A program made the position numbers and the translations under genes. Positions 55,132-64,000 of a stretch of DNA of 64,000 nucleotides are shown here, piece by piece. Below the pieces are notes generated by a model, which was given only the letters and a program-made list of their open reading frames with translations, had not been told where the DNA came from and did no database searches. Source of the DNA: Eledone cirrhosa (Eukaryota); NCBI GenBank assembly GCA_964016885.1, contig OZ024742.1, positions 153,140,001-153,204,000 on the forward strand, read 5' to 3'. Position 1 is the stretch's first letter. Every line of letters starts with the position of its first letter.

Positions 55132-56557
55132 TGTGTGTGTGTCTGTGTGATGTATGTCTGTGTGCGTATATCGGTGTGTGTGTCTGTCTTGGAGTGTGTG
55201 TACGTTATGTCTGGATATCATTATTAAGGCCGACGCAAAATGTTCAAATCTTTTCAGTGGCGAAACGCAATTTGCACTGTGCTAATACAATATAACATAT
55301 AAGTAATTGGTAAATATCATACCACGAAGTATATCATACTATTATTTGTTTGAGAATACTATGTGAAATTGCATTCGAAAAAATACATACACATTTCGGA
55401 ATTATCTAGTTGATTGTATAGGAATATGTCAGGTTCATGTATATTACTTTTTCTTTGCTATTTGTCATTCCATTGCTGTTCTATGTATATCTTCAAGGCG
55501 TGGAAATGGACGCTTCATGTTTTCTACTCATCTCAAACGTATACACTGAATAGCACCTTAACATCAAATGTATGTAATTGACACGTTAATGAAATATTTC
55601 TCTAAATAGCCGTTCCCATTGTAATACTTAAAAATATATATTAATGTCGCCTTAGAATTAACTTTGCTTGAAATATAGCACTCTTTACATCATCTATTCT
55701 TTCCACTCAAGAAATTGAAACACATAAACCAATGATATTTTATATGTTGTAATATAACGCTATGTAAACCATTTGAAGCCAGAATGTGTAAAAGAAGAAG
55801 CGTATGTTACTTAAGAAGATATAAGTGGTAGCTGCGATTAAATAAAATAAATTACACACGAAGCCTTACGCCTATGACACAAAGAAATTATTAAATTATT
55901 TATTTGTTTATATAATTATTGCCATTGCACAACACTTCATATTTCAAGATTAAATCAAGTGACAGTGAAATGTAGTAAATGTGACACGTTCATTAGGCAT
56001 TTTGTCGATATAATTAGGATTTATTGTTTGAAAATTCGTTGGTTATTTATAATAGTATTTCAACTGAAGGAAACTGTAATATATGTAACGATAAATCTAA
56101 TAATACTGCCATAGTGTATCACATGTTTAGAGACACAATCAGAAAATATATAAATATAGAGAGAAGAGACGTATAGCCACGTTAACGCATTCTGATGCAC
56201 ACTCATTCATAGAAACGAAATGACATATATAGAACGTTAGATGATTAACAACTTCAACAGCCACACATCTAAAGATAAAACAAAGAAAGTAGTATCAATT
56301 AAGTCAGTATGTCAAGCAATTTGGGCTGAGGTAGATATATTTTATATTTCATTACATGTCACATGTCATATCACATGTCATATATAATAAGAAAAGACTC
56401 ATTTCTGGTTTTTATCAGTGACGGTATTTTACATGAGCAAGTAATTAATCAAATGATGTTTAACTCTACATTTCCCAATTTAAGAACTAACGAATCATAT
56501 TGGCAATTAGTATAATATTTTATATAGTTAATTAAGAAATATTTTAAAACATATTAT

Positions 56558-57300
56558 ACATTGGTGTGATATACTTGTTCTGTCATAAAAAAGTGTCCGA
56601 TTTTTTTCCCCCTAGAATGTGATGATGTTTGTAAGACGAACATAAAGACAATGGTATTCCATACATTCATGTATGCATATGCATGGTTTGGGAGGAGCTT
56701 GATAGATGCGTCAGTCGCTCTATGTCCGTTTTCTTTGAGTACCTAGGTGTTTTCTATAAAAAATACGCAAAAGTAGGATAGTCAATTCAAAGAATAATAA
56801 CAGAAGGATATTCGACATCTACTAGATGCAACTCAGAGAATGACATCATATATATGGGTCTCGCACAATTAGAAAGGGCATCCTAACATCAACGCATCTC
56901 ATAATCTGAAACTGATCCATGCTTCGTAGCAAACGTTTAACTCGTAGCAAACGTTTCACTCGTTTGCCAGCTCCGACTCTCAAAATACAAACATATCTTC
57001 TAAACTCTTGTTTCGAAATATGAAAATGCCAATAAATATCCCTCCCCTCTTTGAGAGCCGACAAGACATCAGGCATATTACGACAGTGGAGCTGTGTGCA
57101 TTTCCGGGAGGAAACCCCCATACGTCCTTCGAATTGTGGTAGGATAGTGGGGCTAGTTGTACAGAGGAATTTCTAGGTCGATAAGCAATTGAAGCGACCA
57201 TGTAGGTACTTTGGTTTACAAAGTTTAAATTCGTATAACTTTGCCACGAATCTCGTAAAATAACATCAATCTATCACTTTATACAATACCACGAATATAC
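56558..57300 (-). mobile_element. Possible decayed mariner-like transposon
   Basis: Minus-strand KLYEFKL resembles mariner N-termini. TIR-like ataaaaaagtgtccgatttt near 56585. Confidence 0.25.
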
Positions 57301-57446
57301 AATAACATAAAGACCAATAATAAATTATTAATAGTAAAGTGTTTTAAGGCGGACATGTGAATGGAAAATTAACATTTATCTTTTAAAACTTTACATAACA
57401 TAAATATATTTTTGGTCCAAGGTAGTTCTATGATTACGTCTACATA

Positions 57447-57630
57447 ATAACTGTTTCTACTTTAGGCACAAGGCCAGCAATTACCCAGTGCATTACTGGT
57501 ACTTTATTTTATCGACCCCGTAAGGATGAAAGGCAAAGACAACATCGGCGGGATTTGAACTCAGATCGTAAAGGGAGGTAACTATACTGGAAAGCATGGC
57601 GTCCGACCCTCTACCGATACTACCAATCCA
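57447..57630 (-). mobile_element. tRNA-derived SINE
   Basis: Near-identical core and 3' end to the copies at 47130 and 63343. Confidence 0.87.
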
Positions 57631-57984
57631 ATACAGTCTGAATTTTGTTTGCTAACATTTTCGGTGACGATCAGTAAGCTCTAAGGCTGCTTTCATCGTC
57701 GCCAATAAATTACAACGCTAGTCTAGAAAGATTGGTTTAATGGAATTTGATCTACGACACACCATTCTAATACTTTTGAGAAAGTATTTGATTGAGTCCT
57801 TACATTATTTAACCTTCCTACTTGAGTTAGAAAGATTCAGTTTCTAAGATTTATTTATTCATATATATCTATTATAATGTCCTTCCTCTTAAAATATTAA
57901 GTAATAAATACTATTATGATATCAATCTTTCTATCAGCAGTATATTACCGTGGAGAAATAAATACATTCTTTGTTTTCACCATT

Positions 57985-59090
57985 TTATTTCTTACTGGGT
58001 TGTGGCCCCAGAAATCTCAAAATCTCAAGCAAACGCCTCCAACTGATCCGGCTAGAACATCAACGGATAGCAGAAAAGCTCATGGATGTTATCCAATCAT
58101 CTTTTTCGGGTCTGCCACTGGGTCTACAGCCGGTTGCTTTTGTCCGTTAAATCTGACCAGCGATTCTTTCCTGAGACATGCTAACCACATTCCCATGGTA
58201 TCGGAGCTACCTAGACTGACACTCTGCTCTACAAGCTACACACTCTATCGAGTAACTTACACCAGAAACCCTTCGGAGGAACTCCATTTAAGGTGCTTGT
58301 ATTTGCGATGGTATTATTTCAGTCATTACCGAAGATTCATGACCATAGATGAGGGTTGGCTCGAATACCGAATTGAAAATAGCTAGTTTTGTATTTACAC
58401 ATACCTTCCTTCAGGTTACCGAATGCATTACTGCACCAGCTTTTGCAATTCTTGCTCTTAATTCAGTCTCCTGCCTTCAATCCCTCATGAACACTACCCT
58501 GGGATACTTCAATTTTTCTATCTGCTTTCTCGGAACTCCATTCATATGTAGAGTGCATTGTGCATGCTCGCTGAGATGACATGTGTCTCAGTTTTTGCAG
58601 CTCACATTTTCATTCCAGCCATGCAACACTCAGCATCAAAACTATCAGGTGCATGTCGAAGCTTACATTCTGTCGAGTTAAGTAACGCCATCTCGTCTGA
58701 TTTTACACCTGCCAGTTGTGATACCAAGTCCAAACCAGCTACGCATGTGAAACCTGTTCATGAAAATAATAAACAGGAGAGATGAGAGTATGTACCCCGT
58801 CGTAGTTCGACTCCTACATTGAATGGTTTCGATTTAGCACCATTTATCCTAACACAAATACTCGGTCATTCGCTCAGGGACCTCAGAGCAACAAGAAGCT
58901 TTCCATCAATCCAATACTCCTGCAGAACCTTAACAGCAGGTCGGGAGATACGCTGCCATATGCTTTCTCCATGTCTTCAAAAATAGAATATACCTCTTGA
59001 CAATAATCCCACTATCATTGTAAATAGTTGGTCATTTGTACTGCATCCAAGCCGAAAGCGTCACTGTTCATCAGCTAGCTTGGGTTCTAT
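57985..59090 (-). mobile_element. RTE-clade LINE 3' remnant, heavily decayed
   Basis: Minus-strand pieces KLKYP..VVF, ELRARIAKAGAV, KLAIFNSVFEPTLIYGHES, MEFLRRV typical of the RTE thumb/C-terminus. Confidence 0.7.
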
Positions 59091-59670
59091 AAACTCCATG
59101 AGTCTCTTTGTTAGACACTTATTACGTATTTAGTATGAGAGCATACACATCTAAACAATTGATTGAAGCGGAACAGCTTTATCTGGATTATATAATTTCA
59201 ACTGAGATTTAAAATATTGTTCATTATTCATTGGTACCAGGATATATCTCATTGGTTGATAGTTTTCACGCGATATCATTGATGATATTCACTCATACAG
59301 AAATAATATTTTCTGTTGGCATTAGCTGATGATATCAAGATTGCCACTGAATTATTAGAGGAACATTTTGAAGAGGATATATATTTCTGATATATAATAT
59401 TTTAAAATTCTTTTTCAGTATGCAGCTGACTTGAGGGAAACGGAGATATATTTTTTCTGAAATATCTGCAGTATCAACTAATGTTTTATTCTCCTTATAA
59501 TTTTTCCTCTCATAGAATAAATAGTAATAATCGACTCTACCTCCTCTCTTACAAAAAGTGGTCATTATATCATAGATGGTCCTCAATTTTGTCGGGTACC
59601 ATGTATCAGTCTTCTAACTGCAGATTGAAAATATAGTCCAACGTAAAATATATAACACTTCTTGAGATTG

Positions 59671-59707
<37 letters not shown>

Positions 59708-59709
<2 letters not shown>

Positions 59710-60563
59710 GCATGTATAGCATATTGGGTAATATAGCGTATGGTTAATTAAAAACATGTTGAAGCCCATAAGCTATCAGTTTTAAAGTAGTGACTATGTC
59801 ATTTACTTCTATTCTGCGGCGAAAGAAGGGAGAGAAGCTAACAGACTGTCTGTTTCAAGCTGTTGGCGATCATCAGAGCAACGTACTCCCCGCTTTCGCC
59901 AAATATTATAGAACTTGGATTCTTATAGAATTCCAGTAATAATCAGGAGCTGAGTATACTGAGCGATTGCTGGTCCAGCAAAAATTAGGTATTAGGATTG
60001 GTGCTCTGAAATAGCGATGTATACGCGGGGAGTACGTTGCTCTGATGATCGCCAACAGCGTGAAATAGACAATTTGTTAGCCTCACTCCCTTCTTTCGCC
60101 GAAGAAAAGAAGTAAGTGACATAGTGACTACTTTAAAGCTGATAGCGTATGGTCTTCAAAATGTTTTTAATTAAGCATACGGTATATTACCAAATATACT
60201 ATACATACATTCATGTATACATCGCTATTTCAGAGCACCAATCCTAATACCTAATTTTTGCTGGACCGGCAATTGCTCAGTATAATCAGCTCCTGATTGT
60301 TACCGGAATTCTATAAGAATCCAGCTTCTATAATCTTCGGCGAAAGCGGGGAGCACGTTGCTCTGATGATAGCCAACAGTTTGTTAGCTTCTCACCCTTC
60401 TTTCACCGAAGAAAATAAATAAGTGACATAGTCACTACGTTAAAACTGATAGCGTATGGTCTTCAAATTCTTTTTAATTAAGCATATGGTATATTAGCAA
60501 ATATACTATACATACATACATTCATGTATACATCACTATTTCAGAGCACCAATCTTAATACCA
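59708..60563. repeat. ~320 nt monomer: one minus copy plus ~1.7 tandem plus copies, bounded by (TA)n; hammerhead-containing (retrozyme-like)
   Basis: 59708-60023 is inverse to 60215-60525. 60025-60214 and 60526-60563 are partial tandem units (period ~311-325). Confidence 0.88.
59837..59879 (-). ncRNA. Type I hammerhead ribozyme, best-preserved copy; second copy + 60039-60081, third (+ ~60360-60388) has a deletion
   Basis: gcu-CUGAUGA-ucgc caaca gcuu-GAAA-cagac a gucug-UU^-agc. Palindromic stem III; stem I extendable by ggcgaaag/cuuucgcc. Confidence 0.7.
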
Positions 60564-61656
60564 TATATATATATGAATAAAAGTATGAAATATCCATTCA
60601 ATAATCCCATGCGAATGACATGGTTATTCAATTATTCTAATTACTTTACTGAAAACTGGTGCCTCTTTGGTCATGAATAAATGTCAGTAAAAAGGCTCAC
60701 TTATGTAGAGAATAACAGCATTCGGAAGGGCTAGAATTTAAGCATAATGGAATATGTGTTGTGAATAGTTTAAGTATATGATGGCATTTAACGATAAATG
60801 CACATACTTCGTATTTCACATAATATGTCATTACAACAATACGTATGGTAAATGTCAAGGAATCAAGCAAAGGATACATTATAATAAGTGAAGATCTTAA
60901 CTCTCTTCAAATCTCAATATGATAATGTTGCTTTTCATTATATTCATTGAATGGTATCATATTACACAAGGAACATTAGGATAGCACTAGACATGCGTCT
61001 TTCTAAAGCAAATACAGTTTCGATTTTTCTGTATATACAGCCATATCTTTCCAATAAGCAAGTGCCACCTCATACACATAATTGTATTATAAACTTTAAA
61101 TAGAAAGGTATGTTTTACCAATGGTGGCCTGGCTAGAATTAAGACTTCGTTTACAAAATAATAGATTTTCAATTTTAGCAATATACTAGGAAACAAATGT
61201 TGGTGCAAGTTGTATCCATTTCTGGGATTATTCTTTTCTGCGATTATTCTTTTCTGGAATAGTTTTCTGGATAATCTGTGATATTGAAACAGATGTTCAA
61301 TTCATACATACTGTGTAATGTAAGTTTCCAGAAAATTTTCAATAAGAGATTTCATATTCCCAGTGGAGTAGTCTTTGGATTGAATGAGAGCTTAGAGAAA
61401 GGAAGAGGCGATAGGTGATACTTTTTGATAATCTTAAGTATATATAAAAGAAAAAACGAAAAAGGAAGGGAAAGGCAAGGGCTCTAGGTCAGAACACAGA
61501 AGAGTAGAACTGCCAGTTCAAAGAACACCTGGACAAAATCCATTTTCTTCCCATAAAATATTTTTTGGTTTCCTACGTACTGTGATAATCATAACAATTG
61601 TTCTTTAAACTGAATGAAAACCACTCAGAGATTACAGATTGACATCAACTACAAAC

Positions 61657-61930
61657 TTATTCAGAATGTTTAAGCCGAGTATTTTCCTGAACATTGCAAA
61701 GAGGTGAAGGTAGAGCAACGACACACTTCATTCTACCACTATTTGCTTTAGAAAAAACGATAAATGCATATGGTTTCAATCCATTTATAGGCTCTTGGAG
61801 ATTCTGTCTGATAAGGCTGTCATTAAAGTATAACATCTCAGCACAAAGTCCATATTTGCTAAAACCGTTAACAAGATTCAATATATATCTAAGACCTTTG
61901 CTATCTTATATAATAAATATATTTCTAAGG
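61657..61930 (-). pseudogene. Candidate exon or pseudo-exon resembling an NCOA5-type anticodon-binding-like domain
   Basis: YILNLVNGFSKYGLCAEMLYFNDSLIRQNLQEPINGLKPYAFIV..R.KCVV..QEN matches, from memory, the spacing of the NCOA5 domain. In-frame TAA at both ends. Confidence 0.3.
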
Positions 61931-62404
61931 TGATAGCGACAGTTGTTTGTTAAATGGTGAGAATTACATCGACAAAAAGACCCTCAGTTTAATATTTTAG
62001 AAAAATTCTCACTCCAGGGACTTGCTAAATATAGCAGAATCCACGTTTGAAAATGAAGGTATTCTATGCTGAATCATTTGGCGCATATCTATGCTTGACG
62101 ATAAATAATATGCCTTCATCGTTTTCAGTAGCGGCGACTTATATATCATGAGCAGCATTTATGCATATGCCTGATGGACTACTGTAGTATTTATTTCTTA
62201 TTGTAAAGAATATATGCTAGATCCCGTTCCTCATCTGATATACCCCTCCAACATCGAAACATTGGCAAATATCTGAAAACGATTGCCGCATCTTAGCATG
62301 ATAATACATCCTTCACCAACCTCTCCACCATCCATGAGAACTGATAGAACTTGCGTGTTTTTCATACTTAATTGTTTCGTCCTCGACATCATTCCATTAC
62401 AAAC

Positions 62405-62515
62405 ACTAGCAGAAAAACTACCTTTCGGGTGGTTTTCTGCTAGCATGTGTAGTGTGCATATTGATATTATACGCAAATATAAATACATATAGATATGATA
62501 CATCAAATGAAATCA
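62405..62515 (+). repeat. Dispersed copy of the hairpin-bearing repeat at 24.35-24.68 kb
   Basis: actagcagaaaaactacc-tttc-gggtggttttctgctagcatgtgtagt..attatacgcaaatat. Confidence 0.8.
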
Positions 62516-62734
62516 TAGTTGACACTATGCACAGAAATTGAACGAAGTCTGCGTTACCCTCTTCTGTAATCAGTAAAGTAATCCATGATACTTTAAAAAA
62601 AGACGATATTATAAATGTGAATTACTCCTCTTTAACACCTAGGGTTTTTTTATGATGGCTAAATATTGATCTTACGAGATATTCACATACACAAGTCAAT
62701 ACGTACCTACACATTCGTATATATACACACACAC

Positions 62735-62788
<54 letters not shown>

Positions 62789-63253
62789 TTTTACACATTC
62801 TGAATCCATCCGCCAAAACCGGGGTTACCTCCCTGCAGAGTAAACACGCTGGGTAATGACTCCAAAATTACTATTGCATTGGAACCCGCTCGCCGAAGTG
62901 GAGCCTTGTTCGATCCTTATACCAAAAACGTACAATGATAGTAGGCAGTATAATTGATTTAGGTGTCACAGAAACCTCCCACTGGATTATATCCCACATC
63001 AATTTCCAGGAGGTTCGGGTAAATTCTTTTGTTTAATCTGTTTAGCTTACTTCGTTCTTTTTGGCCCCGGTGGCTTATAGCTTCATGACCGCCGTTTTCA
63101 GTTTGTTTGGCCTATATAACGTATGTTAATTGCTCTGGTCTTCCTTTAGTCCATTGAACGCTTGCCGCATATCTAGAAAGTTGCGTTTCGCTTTGCAGAC
63201 ACTAATGTTTCTGGTTTCAACATCTGTATTTCTATTCGCATGGCAACACAAGA

Positions 63254-64000
63254 GCAAGAATGAACTGTTCATTCTACTGACATGGCTATAAAATTGAGGC
63301 TTGTTTGCATAATTGCAAACGAATCGAATGTTATTATTAATAGAATTGGCAGTATCGATAGAAGGTTAGATGCCATCCTTTCTAGCATAGTTACGTCTCT
63401 TTACGGTCTGAGTTCAAATTCCTTCGAGGTTAACTTTGCCTTTCATCCTTACGGGGTCGATAAAAGAAAGTACCAGTAATGTAGTGGGTAATTGCTGGTC
63501 TTGTGCCAAAAGTAGAAACAATTATTAATATTCGAAGAACTCAGATTACATTTATTGTACTCAGCCATGTAGAGCGAAATTTTCTTTTTTATTTAAATTT
63601 GGCAAAGCCGGCTATTGATGGCACGTATACAGGAAACCGACTGGCCAGTCTGCTGATATGTCAATATGGCTGATCAGTGGATCTGCTAATATGCAGATAT
63701 GACTGATCAGCTAGTCTGCTAATATGCAAATCACGCCGAACAGTCACTGTGTATTTTTGAAAATAGCATATATTTTCACTAGCTCTGACAGTTTGGCATG
63801 TGAACAGTGAGCTGTACTGATGAAGGATGATACCCAGAAACATTAGTGTCTGTAGTTATGTCTGCATGCAAGTTCTGTCTGCATGCAAGAATGAAGTGTT
63901 CATCCTACTGACATGGGTATACAATTGTGGCTTGTTTGCATAATTGCAAACGAATCGAATGTTATTATTGATATTCGAAACACTCAGATTGTATTTATTG
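63254..64000 (+). repeat. Local direct duplication (~440 bp period excluding the SINE) with an internal 33 bp minisatellite (63648-63730)
   Basis: 63254-63342 plus 63531-63557 recurs at 63885-64000. Confidence 0.75.
63343..63520 (+). mobile_element. tRNA-derived SINE with apparent target-site duplication attattaata
   Basis: Family core and end. Duplication at 63333-63342 and 63521-63530. Empty-site homologue at 63955-64000. Confidence 0.87.

Noticed and set aside
60697-60879. ATG-initiated 60-codon minus ORF ending at a GTGAG donor-like site
   Set aside because: No recognisable homology or promoter context; too weak to call.

Overview
Eukaryotic, AT-rich, microsatellite-dense animal DNA. 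The SINE and microsatellite landscape resembles a cephalopod (Octopus-like) genome, but that is inference. No complete host gene is visible. Bases 1-23060 are one (ATT/TAA)n microsatellite split by six non-LTR retrotransposon insertions. Three are R4/Dong-type (RT plus restriction-like endonuclease, all minus strand, two families). Three are Tx1/L1-type (APE plus RT, all plus strand; one near-intact, one with a different 5' end). Bases 23-64 kb are intron-like or intergenic. They hold SINEs, RTE remnants, a 5'-only copy of the R4 element and a Naiad-type Penelope-like element (PLE) whose inverted pseudo-LTRs carry hammerhead ribozymes, one with a U3-A8 variant core. They also hold many fold-back palindromes abutting (TA)n and a ~320-nt non-coding tandem/inverted repeat with a type I hammerhead (retrozyme/circRNA candidate). 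Two weak minus-strand host exon candidates were found. All alignments and folds were done by eye; boundaries are approximate.
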